DNA of 64,000 nucleotides from Candidatus Fraserbacteria bacterium (GTDB lineage: Bacteria; Bipolaricaulota; Bipolaricaulia; RBG-16-55-9), in contig JBBIPG010000001.1 of assembly GCA_037442925.1 (NCBI GenBank), forward strand, positions 1,368-65,367, given 5' to 3'. Of this stretch, positions 17,336 through 27,914 are shown one piece after another. The number at the start of each line of letters is the position of its first letter. The stretch's first letter is position 1. The notes below the pieces were generated by a model that searched no databases, was not told where the DNA came from, and worked only from the letters and a program-made list of their open reading frames with translations. The position numbers and the translations under genes were made by a program.

Positions 17336-18682
17336 TCAGGCCGCTGGCGGCAGCAGGAAACTCGAGTTCTTAAACTCCGGTGGCCAGACAACCCGGCGAT
17401 CGGGTCTTCCGGCGGCATCTTTTTGCCACTGGACCCACTTGGGCACGACCAAGACCTCTCCCGAGGCGGGATCTCGGGTGAAGGGATCATGGGGTCGAGG
17501 ATCGTCTTTGCCTTGAAAGCGAATGCGCCCGACCGTTCCCACGAGATCTGTCTCTTCGAGAGCCGTAATCAGCTCTTCACGGTAGTTGCTATAGGCGCTC
17601 GCATTCGTGGGGTCCGGGGGAGGCTCACCGATACGCTCGACCGCTTGCTGGAAGACGAAGAGTGCATCATAGGTCGTATAGGCCATGTAGAGCGGTTGTG
17701 CCGGAGCGGTCTTGAACTCTTCCACATACTTTTGGAAGAAGGGTAGAGTTCGGTCGGTGATCGCCGTGGCTCCCGTGGCGGCATCGGCATAGACGTGGGA
17801 AATGACTCTGCCCTCCGTGTTGGCCCAGTATTCGAATGCCTGACCGGAGACGTTGATCCCCAAGACCGGCAGACGAGGCCCCAAGTTATACCACTGACGG
17901 ACGAACCCAAAGCCGTTATCCCGAATGAACGACACGATGAATGCCTCTGATCCCGACTGCGAGGCTTGAGAGAGACCGGCGCTAAAATCGAAATTCCTCT
18001 CGCCCGGAAAGCGGAAGGCCGAGACGATGCTCAAGCCTGCGCCGGGAAGTTGCTCCTGCAAAAAGCCCTGGTAGTCTCGACCGAAGAGATCATCCTCGAT
18101 CACGAGGCTCACTCTCTTCAGCTTCAACTCGTCCACCAGCAAGCCCTTGGCGGCACGGACGGTATCTTGAGTGAGCAAATCAGAGTCGATCATCAAGCGG
18201 AAGTAGTACTTGAAGTTGTTGTAATCTTCTATGACTTTGTCCGTCGTCTTCGGCGTGGAGGTGCCGGTATTCAAAAACGGCGTCTTCAGGCGGGGTAACA
18301 TGTTATTCACCAGGGGTATGACGGTCTCATCCAGAAACCCTCCGACGATGATGATGCATTGCTGAGTGGTGGCCAGCTCTTCGAAGCGCTGGGAAGCGAT
18401 CCGTGGATCGAGTTGATCATCCCGAATGATGAGCTGAATCTGCCGCCCCAGGATACCTCCGCTTTCGTTGATCTCTTGCTCGGCGATCTGGGCTCCTCGC
18501 TGAGCGGATACACCCAGCGGGAGATTGAAGACGAGAGGCAAGAGAAGCCCAATCTTAATGGGAAGAGCCGAACTTTGAGCCGCGGCGAAGTGTGGTGCCA
18601 GAGCGAGCGTGCCCAATGTGGCACTTACAGTTTTGAGGAACGCACGTCGGCTGATGCCCCCCTCGGAGTCTTTTGCTTGCAT
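17336..18682 (-). CDS. ABC transporter substrate-binding protein (type 1 PBP, Liv family) with Tat signal
   Basis: SRRAFLK twin-arginine motif, 448 aa. Confidence 0.85.
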   Translation of the reverse strand: MQAKDSEGGISRRAFLKTVSATLGTLALAPHFAAAQSSALPIKIGLLLPLVFNLPLGVSAQRGAQIAEQEINESGGILGRQIQLIIRDDQLDPRIASQRFEELATTQQCIIIVGGFLDETVIPLVNNMLPRLKTPFLNTGTSTPKTTDKVIEDYNNFKYYFRLMIDSDLLTQDTVRAAKGLLVDELKLKRVSLVIEDDLFGRDYQGFLQEQLPGAGLSIVSAFRFPGERNFDFSAGLSQASQSGSEAFIVSFIRDNGFGFVRQWYNLGPRLPVLGINVSGQAFEYWANTEGRVISHVYADAATGATAITDRTLPFFQKYVEEFKTAPAQPLYMAYTTYDALFVFQQAVERIGEPPPDPTNASAYSNYREELITALEETDLVGTVGRIRFQGKDDPRPHDPFTRDPASGEVLVVPKWVQWQKDAAGRPDRRVVWPPEFKNSSFLLPPAA

Positions 18683-18839
18683 ATGGACCTCCTCAATTTT
18701 GTGTGAAGATTGACACTATCATGACAACTTTCGGCAACCAGATCAATGGGTCTACTCTGCCACGGGTGTGCCGTCAAGTCTTATGGACAAGGCACTTGAC
18801 TTCGTCGCAGGAGCAGGACTAGAGTGAAGATGGCAGGAG

Positions 18840-20120
18840 GTGGTCCCCATGCAGGTGTGCCTGCGTAGCTTAACCGCTAGAGCATGGGTTGGGGTGCTCC
18901 TGGGTCTGCTCACGGGATTCGATCCCACCTGGGCCCAGCAAGGAGGGGGAGGAAGCCCTCTCGCTCCAGAGGTGCTCTTCATCGATTTCCCCCAGCAGAT
19001 CCCCTCGGATGGGAGCAAGGTCTTCGGTCGGGTGAGTTTTCGGGATACGGACGCCAACATCACGCTCGCCAAGTTCGAGGTGGTGGAAGCCACAGATTTT
19101 GCGTCGTTCAGCTTCGATCCTAAAGTCGAGGGTAAGAAGGAAGGGGTCTTCGAGTTTTTCGTCTTCTCCAAGATTGCCCAGCGGGTCACCCTCAAGGTCA
19201 CGTTGGCCGATGGCGCTGGGAACACGAGCTTCCCCAAAGAGTTCACGTTCGAGGCCGTTTCGCTGATCGAGTTTGTCACGCAGTGGGGAAGCTTGGGCAG
19301 CGGCAATGAGCAGTTCAAAGATCTAGGGGGACTCGCTCTGGATCGTCAGGGGAACATCTACGTCACGGACTTCGACAATAGCAGAGTGCAGAAGTTCTCG
19401 TCGGATGGAACCCTGATCGCAATCTGGGGAGGTCGCGGCAGTGCGCCGGGTCGACTGGATGGTCCTCTGGGCATTGCCGTGGACAGTCAGGGGAACGTCT
19501 ATGTGGCGGAGGCAGGAAACCGGCGGGTTCAGAAATTCAGTTCCGAGGGGAGGTATCTACTCCATTGGGGGAGCTTCGGCAACGATCCCGGACAATTCAA
19601 TTCCCCAACAGGGGTCGCTGTAGATCGCAACGGGAACGTTTATGTAGCGGATCAAACGACTGGGGTCATTCAAGCCTTCACCCCCACGGGAGCCTTTCTG
19701 CGACGCTGGGGCACCCAGGGGAGTGGCGAAGGTCAGCTGCGCAACACCATGGACTTAGTTGTTGACCAAAACGATACTATCTATGTGGCCGATACGGGCA
19801 ACCGCCGCATTGTGACCTTCAGCACTGATGGCGCCTTCTTGGGACAGTGGGGCACCGAAGGCTCGCGCGACGGTCAGTTTCTTGAACCCCGAGGAGTCAC
19901 AGTGGATCTGGAAGGCAACGTCTATGTGGCCGATAAAGGGAACCATCGCATTGCCAAGTTCTCGCGTGAAGGCAGGCTACTGGCTCAATGGGGCAGTGCG
20001 GGCAGTGGCCAAGGAGAATTCTCGGAGCCTGTGGATCTTGCGGTCGACTCGAACTGGGTGATCTACATTGCGGATGAGGGCAACCACCGCATACAAGCCC
20101 TCAAGTTCAAGATGCCGTAA
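18840..20120 (+). CDS. Secreted NHL-repeat beta-propeller protein
   Basis: Six repeats of G..G.F..P.G.AVD..GN.YV.D..N.R.Q.F. N-terminal signal. Confidence 0.7.
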   Translation: MVPMQVCLRSLTARAWVGVLLGLLTGFDPTWAQQGGGGSPLAPEVLFIDFPQQIPSDGSKVFGRVSFRDTDANITLAKFEVVEATDFASFSFDPKVEGKKEGVFEFFVFSKIAQRVTLKVTLADGAGNTSFPKEFTFEAVSLIEFVTQWGSLGSGNEQFKDLGGLALDRQGNIYVTDFDNSRVQKFSSDGTLIAIWGGRGSAPGRLDGPLGIAVDSQGNVYVAEAGNRRVQKFSSEGRYLLHWGSFGNDPGQFNSPTGVAVDRNGNVYVADQTTGVIQAFTPTGAFLRRWGTQGSGEGQLRNTMDLVVDQNDTIYVADTGNRRIVTFSTDGAFLGQWGTEGSRDGQFLEPRGVTVDLEGNVYVADKGNHRIAKFSREGRLLAQWGSAGSGQGEFSEPVDLAVDSNWVIYIADEGNHRIQALKFKMP

Positions 20121-20550
20121 GGTTGCTTCTAGACATGGATCTTCGACGGCGATCCAGAAAGCCCTGTAAGATCAAAACTGCAGCCAGTTGATCCCGGATT
20201 CCTTTGCGCTTCCGGCGACTGAGATCGGCTTCGAGTAAGACACGCTCTGCTTCGACGGTGGTGAGCCGCTCGTCGAACAGTTCGACGGGAAGCTTCAGCG
20301 CTTCTCGCAGTTGGCTCTGAAACTGCAAAGTCTCTTCGGCCTTGGGTCCGGGTGACCCATTCATATTGACCGGTAGCCCAACGACGATCAACTCCACGCC
20401 TTCGCTCTGAACGACGCCCTTGAGATACTCAAGATCACTCTGCCATGAGCGGCGCGTATAGACAGCAAGTCCGCGGGCAACGGTGTGCGTCTCATCGCTG
20501 ATGGCCAGTCCGATGCGCTTTTCGCCCAGATCTAGCGCGAGAATCTTCAT
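20107..20550 (-). CDS. ruvX: Putative pre-16S rRNA nuclease / Holliday junction resolvase RuvX (YqgF)
   Basis: MKILALDLGEKRIGLAISD N-terminus. Confidence 0.85.
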   Translation of the reverse strand: MKILALDLGEKRIGLAISDETHTVARGLAVYTRRSWQSDLEYLKGVVQSEGVELIVVGLPVNMNGSPGPKAEETLQFQSQLREALKLPVELFDERLTTVEAERVLLEADLSRRKRKGIRDQLAAVLILQGFLDRRRRSMSRSNLTAS

Positions 20551-20615
20551 CCCCTTACATTAACGGCGCGCGACTGGTTCGTCAAACACGGTATAATGGC
20601 GCAAGAGAGGAGACC

Positions 20616-21872
20616 ATGTCAGAACTGCTCGCGAAGGCCCAGGAGATCCTGCGACAGGAGGTGATCTGCAACCGCTGTCTCGGGCGTTGCTTTGCCAAGT
20701 CGGGCACGGGGTTAACGAACGAAGAGCGCGGGAAGGCTCTGCGAGTTCTTGCTGCAATGCACAAGCGCCAGCCATTCGTGGCCTCACAAGAGTGCTCGAT
20801 CTGTCAGAGTATTTTCACAACCGTGGATCGTTGGGTGGAGCAAGCTCTGCAGCGAATAGAAGGCTACGAGTTTCAGACATATCTCATGGGAACCCGCATT
20901 CCCTTGGAGATCGAGGCCGCGGAGCGATCGCTTTGGGAGAAGTATCACATTGGCGTTCAGTGTACGGAACCCATCAAGCAAGAGTTCAATCGCGAGGTGG
21001 GAAAGCGCTTTGGGATCATCATGTCCGCTCGTGGTCAACCCATTCTGGTGGATTTTCGAGAGCCGGAAGTTGTCTTTTTGATGGATCTAGAGCGCAATCA
21101 ACTGAAAGTGCGAGTCCACTCGCTCTTCCTCTATGGCCGGTATCGTAAGCTCGTACGAGGCATTCCGCAGACGAAGTGGCCCTGCCGTACGTGTCGTGGG
21201 CGAGGATGTGAGGAGTGCGATTACACGGGAAAGACGTATCCAGAGAGCGTAGAAGAGCTTATTGCTGAACCCGTACTAAGGGCAGCAAAAGGGAAGGCAC
21301 ATGCGCTTCATGCGGCGGGACGGGAGGATGTAGACGCTCGCATGTTGGGTAGCGGGCGGCCTTTCGTTCTGGAAATCACATCGCCTCGAAAACGAAGTCT
21401 GGACTTGGAACTGTTGACGAGAGAGATCAACAGACTGGCACAGGGCAAAGTGGAGGTGGGTGCGCTTCGCTTCGTCAAGAGCAAGGTTGTCGAGCACATC
21501 AAAGAGCTGGAAGCTCAGAAATCGTATCGTGCGGATGTCGCATTGGGTCGTGAAATTCATGAAGAAGAACTGCAACATGCTTTGCATCAGCTGATTGGCG
21601 ATATTGAGCAGCGGACTCCTCGCCGAGTGCGCCATCGGCGGGCCGATCTTGTGAGAACCCGAAGAGTTCTTGCTATCGACGGAAGACTCACAGGACCGTG
21701 CGCGGCCCTCATCGAGATTGTCTGCGATGGCGGACTCTACGTGAAAGAGCTCATTTCCGGAGATGAGGCTCGCACGCGCCCGAGTCTTTCAGGGTTATTG
21801 GGCACACGTGCACAAGTGGTAGAACTCGATGTTCTGGATGTTCTGGGCGGAATCAATCTGCCCGAAACTTGA
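20616..21872 (+). CDS. pus10: tRNA pseudouridine synthase Pus10 (archaeal/eukaryal type)
   Basis: N-terminal CNRCLGRCFAKSGTGLTNEERGKALRV zinc-ribbon region. Catalytic HAAGREDVDARMLGSGRPFVLE motif. 418 aa. Confidence 0.8.
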   Translation: MSELLAKAQEILRQEVICNRCLGRCFAKSGTGLTNEERGKALRVLAAMHKRQPFVASQECSICQSIFTTVDRWVEQALQRIEGYEFQTYLMGTRIPLEIEAAERSLWEKYHIGVQCTEPIKQEFNREVGKRFGIIMSARGQPILVDFREPEVVFLMDLERNQLKVRVHSLFLYGRYRKLVRGIPQTKWPCRTCRGRGCEECDYTGKTYPESVEELIAEPVLRAAKGKAHALHAAGREDVDARMLGSGRPFVLEITSPRKRSLDLELLTREINRLAQGKVEVGALRFVKSKVVEHIKELEAQKSYRADVALGREIHEEELQHALHQLIGDIEQRTPRRVRHRRADLVRTRRVLAIDGRLTGPCAALIEIVCDGGLYVKELISGDEARTRPSLSGLLGTRAQVVELDVLDVLGGINLPET

Positions 21873-22953
21873 AGACTTGGGCCGCGACAAAAAACGTGAT
21901 AGCCAGCCAGAGCCCAATATAGAGTAACTCCGGTCCTAGGGACGTAAGCGGCGCGTCATTGATCGAAATTGCGCGTAGGGCTTTCAGCAACGGCGTCAAC
22001 GGCAGAAATTGCACTAAAGAGTGCACTGCTGTAGGCAGATTGTCCGTCGAGAAGAACGCCCCCGATAGGAACAGCATGGGCATCCCGATCACTTGAGCCA
22101 GGCCGCTCGCTCCGCTGGCCGTCCGACTCAGCCCAGCGACAATGAAGCCGAGATTGAGAAAGATCAGTGTGCCCACAAGCGTCAATGCATACAGATTCAC
22201 GAGGTTTCCGTGGATGGTCGCGCCAAAAAGGCTTGTCCCCACAACCAGAATCAACGACGCTTGAAGGAAGACGAGCACGAGGTACGCCAGCACTTGGCTA
22301 ATAATAAAGGTGCGGGGCGGAAGCGGTGTACTGCGAATTCTCTTCAAGATGCGCTGCTCGCGGTAGCGCGTCATATCCACGGCAATCAAGATGATCCCGT
22401 TGAACATAAGACCCATGCCCATGATCCCCGGCAGGAGGAAATCCATGTATTTCACGGTGCGCGCTTCGAGCGATTCTTCTTTGAGAGCAAAGAGCCTGGG
22501 CACTCCAATCAACTTCAAGTTCAACTCGTTCACTAGCTGATTGAGTGCACTGCGCACCAACTCATACTCAATGAGGTTCGCTTTGTCATAGTATACGGTG
22601 AACTCAATCGTTTCTGAAAGTGTGCCGTCTGAACCCAGAGCACGGAACGACTCAGGGATGATGATCGCGGCTTCGATCTTCCCGTCCTTGAGCGCCCTCT
22701 TTGCAGCAGCTTCGCTTGTGATGTCGTCATGGAGCTGGAAGTACTTGATCTGGCGCATCGCAGCGATGAGTTGCTTCGATACATCCGTGCCGGCTTGATC
22801 GATGATTGCCAGCCGAGCTGTGCCTCCACCTTCGAAGTTGAAGAGCCCAAAGATGACGATGAACATGACCGGAAAGGCCAAACCCCAAAAGAGCGTGAGC
22901 CGGTCTCGGAATATGATCTTGAGCGAAGCGATAAACAGCTTGAGGTAAGTCAA
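21853..22953 (-). CDS. ABC-2 family transporter permease
   Basis: 366 aa, large N-terminal extracytoplasmic loop plus 5 C-terminal TM helices. Operon with ATPase. Confidence 0.75.
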   Translation of the reverse strand: MTYLKLFIASLKIIFRDRLTLFWGLAFPVMFIVIFGLFNFEGGGTARLAIIDQAGTDVSKQLIAAMRQIKYFQLHDDITSEAAAKRALKDGKIEAAIIIPESFRALGSDGTLSETIEFTVYYDKANLIEYELVRSALNQLVNELNLKLIGVPRLFALKEESLEARTVKYMDFLLPGIMGMGLMFNGIILIAVDMTRYREQRILKRIRSTPLPPRTFIISQVLAYLVLVFLQASLILVVGTSLFGATIHGNLVNLYALTLVGTLIFLNLGFIVAGLSRTASGASGLAQVIGMPMLFLSGAFFSTDNLPTAVHSLVQFLPLTPLLKALRAISINDAPLTSLGPELLYIGLWLAITFFVAAQVFKFRAD

Positions 22954-23873
22954 TCTCTCAGCTCCTTGCCGGTCAGTTCCAGAAAGACGTCTTCCAGATT
23001 GGCGGGCAAGACTTCGATGTCTTCGAGTGGAATCTTCTCGGCCTCGATCACCTTGAGTAGCGACGGCAGACTGTCCAAAGCTTTGGTGACCCGCAGCTGA
23101 TATTTCGGGGCATGATCGCGGATCTCTTGGACGCTCAGCACGCCTTCAACAGCTTGGAACGCGCTTGCTGGCAATTGCTTTTCCGTGATCACGTTGATGC
23201 GGTAGCTCGACTTTAAACCATGAACAAGATTGGTCGGCGTGTCGAGCGCCACGATCACGCCAAGATCAATAATTGCGACGCGATCGCAGAGCAGTTGGGC
23301 CTCTTCCATGTAGTGCGTCGTCAGAATGACCGTCTTGCCCTTCGCATTGATCTCCCTGATAAAATCCCAAAGGTGCCGACGGGCCTGAGGATCAAGCCCG
23401 GTCGTGGGCTCATCCAGAAAGACGACCTCGGGATCATTGACGAGACTGGCAACGATAGAGAATCGCTGCTTCTGGCCGCCGGAAAGATGCTTGACCAGAG
23501 AGTTCTTCTTTTCGAGTAAACCGACGATGGAAAGCAGTTGATCGACATCCACTTTCGTTCGGTAGAAGCTGGCAAAGAGATCGAGGATTTCCGCCAGCGT
23601 CAAGAAGTCAAAGTACGCTGAGGCTTGAAGCTGGATGCCGATCTTCTGCTTGACCTTCTTGCTTTCCCTGTGTGAGTCGCATCCCAAGACCCACGTGCGC
23701 CCGGAGGTGGGCTCTTGCAATCCTTCGATGACCTCGAGAGTTGTGGTCTTACCAGCGCCATTGGGGCCGAGCATCCCGAAGATCTCACCTTGCTCGACTT
23801 CAAACGAAATATCATCGATGGCAACGAGAGTGCCAAAGCGCTTGGTCAGATGCTCAACGCGGATGACCGCCAT
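22950..23873 (-). CDS. ABC transporter ATP-binding protein (DrrA-like)
   Basis: GPNGAGKTT, LSGGQKQR, Walker B. Confidence 0.9.
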   Translation of the reverse strand: MAVIRVEHLTKRFGTLVAIDDISFEVEQGEIFGMLGPNGAGKTTTLEVIEGLQEPTSGRTWVLGCDSHRESKKVKQKIGIQLQASAYFDFLTLAEILDLFASFYRTKVDVDQLLSIVGLLEKKNSLVKHLSGGQKQRFSIVASLVNDPEVVFLDEPTTGLDPQARRHLWDFIREINAKGKTVILTTHYMEEAQLLCDRVAIIDLGVIVALDTPTNLVHGLKSSYRINVITEKQLPASAFQAVEGVLSVQEIRDHAPKYQLRVTKALDSLPSLLKVIEAEKIPLEDIEVLPANLEDVFLELTGKELRD

Positions 23874-23875
23874 GT

Positions 23876-24298
23876 TTACGCTTTTGGATTGATGTGATAC
23901 TCGTAGGAGATCTCGGCTCGCCCTTTAAGCGTGTTGGACACGGTGCAGTATTTCTCAAGCGATAGCTCGATCGCTTGCTTGAACGCTTCTTCCGAGATGT
24001 TCTGGCCCCAGATCTTGTAGGTCAGGTGAATCTTCTTGATGTACTTCGGTAGTTCGGTGGCTCGTTCCTCATTCACTTCGATCTCAAAATCGTTGAAATC
24101 GATGCGCTTCTTCTTCAAGATCGAGACCACGTCCATGCCGGTGCAACCTGCCGCGGCGATGAGCACGAGTTCCACTGGGCTGGGCCCGGCGTTGAAGCCA
24201 CCTACATCGGCAGACGTATCCACCACAACTGCATGATTGCTACCGGATGATCCCACAAACTGCAGTCCCCGGTTCCAGACGATCTTGGCCGTGGCCAT
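23876..24298 (-). CDS. OsmC/Ohr family protein
   Basis: 140 aa with paired Cys (CTGMD) typical of OsmC. Confidence 0.75.
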   Translation of the reverse strand: MATAKIVWNRGLQFVGSSGSNHAVVVDTSADVGGFNAGPSPVELVLIAAAGCTGMDVVSILKKKRIDFNDFEIEVNEERATELPKYIKKIHLTYKIWGQNISEEAFKQAIELSLEKYCTVSNTLKGRAEISYEYHINPKA

Positions 24299-24405
24299 AG
24301 GTTCCTCCTTGGACGAGATTTTAGTAAGTGGACGACGCCAAGGTCTACGAGATCAAGAATGATCTGTGGGATCTGACTTTGAGCTTCATGGTCTTCACTC
24401 CTTGA

Positions 24406-24921
24406 TTAAGCCTTCTCAAACACCAGATCGCCGTGCTTCTTGATGTACTCGATAATGCCACCCTCGTTTAAGATCTGCATCATCACCGGTGGGATGCGCC
24501 CGGCCTGAAGCTGCGTCCCCTTCGTCTTGTTGTGAATCATGCCTTGCGAGAGATCGATCTCAAGCTCATCTCCTTGGGCAATCTGATCGGTGTCCACCAC
24601 AAGAGCGGGCATTCCGATGTTGAAGCAGTTGCGATAGAAGATGCGAGCGAAGGACTTTGCCAAGACGATGGGCACGCCAGACAATTTGATCAGCCTCGCT
24701 GCATGTTCCCGAGAAGATCCCTGACCAAAATTGCGCCCACCTACAACGATATACTTCTCTTTGCTCTCAAGAGCAGCCGGAGCGAACTTGGGATCGGCGT
24801 CTTCCAAGACGTGTTTGACGAATTCATCCATCTTGTCCCGGAGATTGGCATAGCGTCCCGGTGCGATGAGATCTGTAGAAACATAGTCTCCAAACTTCCA
24901 GGCTTTGCCTCGGATGATCAT
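24406..24921 (-). CDS. leuD: 3-isopropylmalate/homoaconitate dehydratase small subunit (archaeal-type short LeuD)
   Basis: 171 aa, GDYVSTDLIAPGRY. Confidence 0.85.
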   Translation of the reverse strand: MIIRGKAWKFGDYVSTDLIAPGRYANLRDKMDEFVKHVLEDADPKFAPAALESKEKYIVVGGRNFGQGSSREHAARLIKLSGVPIVLAKSFARIFYRNCFNIGMPALVVDTDQIAQGDELEIDLSQGMIHNKTKGTQLQAGRIPPVMMQILNEGGIIEYIKKHGDLVFEKA

Positions 24922-26229
24922 GGCGTGTACGCCTCCTCTAGAGTCTGGACTTCACTCTGCCCGGTTTTCAGATAGGGCCTGGGATCAGCAATCATGCCCT
25001 CGATGGCGGTCGCTGCCGCTGTCGCAGGCGAAGCGAGATAGACGAATGAGTTGGGATTGCCCAAGCGTCCCTTGAAGTTGCGGTTCTGAGTTGCGACACA
25101 GACTTCACCATCTGACAAGAGCCCAAACTGCATGCCCGGACACGGCCCGCAAGCCGCATGGGCTACTATAGCTCCTGCCTCTTCCAACGCCTTGATGTAT
25201 CCCTTCTTGAGAGCTTGGTGATAGACCCAGCGCGAGCCAGGGTACACCAGAAAGCGCGTGCCCTTGGGTACCTGATGTCCCTTCACGATCTCTGCTGCGA
25301 CGGCAAGGTCCTCCAGTCTGCCATTCGTGCACGTTCCCAAGAAGACTTGATGGACTTTTACTCTCTTCTTAGCCACTTCGCATATGGACACCACATTGCC
25401 GGGAGTGTGCGGCTCCGAAACCATGGGTTCCAGCTTCGAGACATCAATCTCATAGATCTTCTCGTATCTGGCGCTGCGGTCCGGCTTGATCGGCTTCCAT
25501 TGGGCTTCGCGTCCATGAAGCTTCATCCAACGCTTCGTCTGCTGATCCGAAGGGAAGAGTCCGAGCTTGGCTCCACATTCTTGTGCCATGCTGGTGATTG
25601 TGAAGCGTGCATCCATAGAGAGCTTTTTCACCAAGTCCCCGCCGTATTCCATGGCTTTATAGGCAGCTCCATCTTCCCCAATGAGTTTGATAATGTGAAG
25701 AATGATGTCTTTTGCATAGACCCCGTGGGGAAGATCACCGTTCAGTTCAAAGCGAAGCGTCTCCGGCACGCGGAACCATTGCTTGCCCAACGCCATAGCT
25801 ACAGCCGTATCGGTCGAGCCCATTCCGGTGGCAAAGGCGCACATGCCAGCCGATGTGCTTGTGTGTGAATCGGCTCCCACGACTACATCTCCCGGCTTGA
25901 CGTAGCGCTCCGTGAGCAGGATGTGGCTGATCCCCTCACCCATCTCTGCCAGAATGCATCCCGTGTCTTCTGCAAACTTCCTCAGGCGGCCGTGCATATT
26001 GGCGTATTCGGGCCGTCCCGGTGGCCCCAGGTGATCGAGCACGATCATCGCGCGCTCCGGATGCTTCAAGTAATCGCGGCCCATGAGTTGTCGGATCACG
26101 TCGAAGGTGAGCGTGCCGGTGCCATCTTGCACGATGGCCATATCCACTTCACAAAGTGCAATATCACCAGCCTTCACCTCATGCCCCAATTTCATCGAAA
26201 GAATCTGCTCTGCCAGTGTGAGTCCCACA
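24918..26229 (-). CDS. leuC: 3-isopropylmalate/homoaconitate dehydratase large subunit
   Basis: Aconitase-family Cys ligands. ORF 24918..26270 trimmed to GTG (VGLTLAEQIL). Confidence 0.85.
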
Positions 26230-26370
26230 GTTGGAATCCTCCCTCTTGGTGATCGCGCTGAGTATAGCATAGAAGTACAGAATGTGCGAGTGCCTCACGC
26301 AGAGCGATGTTGCGGCCTGGAAGGCTTATCGCTATGCTGGAGTTTACCTTTCGTAGAGAGGGATGAGCAC

Positions 26371-27879
26371 ATGGAAGAGAAACTCCGCAAACTCAAAGAA
26401 TTATTGGCAAGAGTCAGTGATCTGGAATCTGCTGCGGCCGTCTTAAGTTGGGACCAAGAGACGTACATGCCTTCGGGCGGAGCAAGAGCACGAGCCGAAC
26501 AGATCGCAACTCTGGGTAAACTCGCTCACGAGTTCTTCACTTCCACTGAGATCGGGGAGCTGCTCACAGCCCTTGCTCCCTACGCCCGCCAGCTCGACTA
26601 TGATTCTGATGAGGCCAGCCTCATACGCGTTACCCAACGCGACTACGATAAGGCCGTGAAGATCCCCGCGGAGCTTGTGGCGGAGATTGCCCGCACGGGA
26701 GCGCTGGCCCGCCAAGCATGGAAGGAAGCTAAAGAGACCTCGAACTTCGCCCTCTTTCGTCCCCATCTGGAGAAGGTCGTCGATCTTTGCATTCAAAAGG
26801 CAGAAGCCCTGGGGTACGAAGATCGCATCTACGATGCGCTGCTCGATGAGTACGAGCCCGGCATGAAGACGGCGCATGTCGAGAGGATCTTCACTGACCT
26901 TAGGGCTGAACTGGTCCCGATCGTTCAGGCGATTGCCGCATGCGAAAAACCCGATGACTCGTTCCTCCACCAAGAATACGGCGAACAAGCCCAGTGGGAC
27001 TTCGGGATCGAAGTGATCAAGGATTTCGGCTTCCATTTGGAGAACGGCCGACAAGATCTATCCGCTCATCCGTTCACGACGGCGTTTTCCCTCAAAGATG
27101 TGCGGCTGACGACCCGCATCCACAAAGACTATCTGCCTTCGGGTCTCTTCAGCACGCTCCACGAGTGCGGTCATGGACTCTACAACCAGGGAATCGCGCC
27201 GGAATTGGAACGCACACCTCTGGCCGGTGGGACATCGCTTGGGGTGCACGAATCTCAGTCGCGACTATGGGAGAACCTCATCGGGCGTAGCCGTCTCTTC
27301 TGGAGTCACTACTACCCGCGCCTGACGAAGCTCTTTCCGGCTCAGCTCAAGAACGTGAGCCTGGAGCGTTTCTATCAGGCAATCAATCGCGTGGAACCTT
27401 CGTTCATCCGCGTTGAGGCCGATGAAGTTACTTACAATCTTCACGTCATGCTCCGCTTTGAGCTGGAGAATGCCCTGCTGGAAGGCCGGGTCAAAGTCAA
27501 AGATCTCCCGAAAGTCTGGAACGCGAAAATGGAGGAGTATCTGGGTATTGTGCCGCCCAATGATGCTCAGGGTGTCCTCCAAGACATCCACTGGTCTCAG
27601 GCATATCTGGGCTACTTCCCCACCTACTCGCTGGGAAACCTGATGTCGGCCCAGCTCTTTAAGCAAGCAACGCAGGACATTCCCACTCTGGCTCGGCAGA
27701 TCGAGTCGGGCCAGTTTGGTGAGCTATTGAGCTGGTTGCGCACGAACGTGCATCGTCACGGACGAAAATTCACTTCGACGGAACTGCTCGAGAGAATCAC
27801 CCAAAAGCCACTCGAAGCCCAGAGTTATCTAGAATATATCCGTGAGAAATACTCGGACATCTACGGTGAGCTGAACTAG
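26371..27879 (+). CDS. Carboxypeptidase Taq (M32) family metallopeptidase
   Basis: HECGHGLY HEXXH site and SAHPF motif. ORF 26083..27879 trimmed to MEEKLRKL. Confidence 0.9.
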   Translation: MEEKLRKLKELLARVSDLESAAAVLSWDQETYMPSGGARARAEQIATLGKLAHEFFTSTEIGELLTALAPYARQLDYDSDEASLIRVTQRDYDKAVKIPAELVAEIARTGALARQAWKEAKETSNFALFRPHLEKVVDLCIQKAEALGYEDRIYDALLDEYEPGMKTAHVERIFTDLRAELVPIVQAIAACEKPDDSFLHQEYGEQAQWDFGIEVIKDFGFHLENGRQDLSAHPFTTAFSLKDVRLTTRIHKDYLPSGLFSTLHECGHGLYNQGIAPELERTPLAGGTSLGVHESQSRLWENLIGRSRLFWSHYYPRLTKLFPAQLKNVSLERFYQAINRVEPSFIRVEADEVTYNLHVMLRFELENALLEGRVKVKDLPKVWNAKMEEYLGIVPPNDAQGVLQDIHWSQAYLGYFPTYSLGNLMSAQLFKQATQDIPTLARQIESGQFGELLSWLRTNVHRHGRKFTSTELLERITQKPLEAQSYLEYIREKYSDIYGELN

Positions 27880-27914
27880 AGAACGACAAGGCGGAAGCAC
27901 GCGCACAAAAGCAC

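Noticed and set aside
26083-26370. N-terminal 96-codon extension of the carboxypeptidase ORF overlapping leuC
   Set aside because: M32 homology starts at MEEKLRKL (26371). Extension is antisense to leuC.
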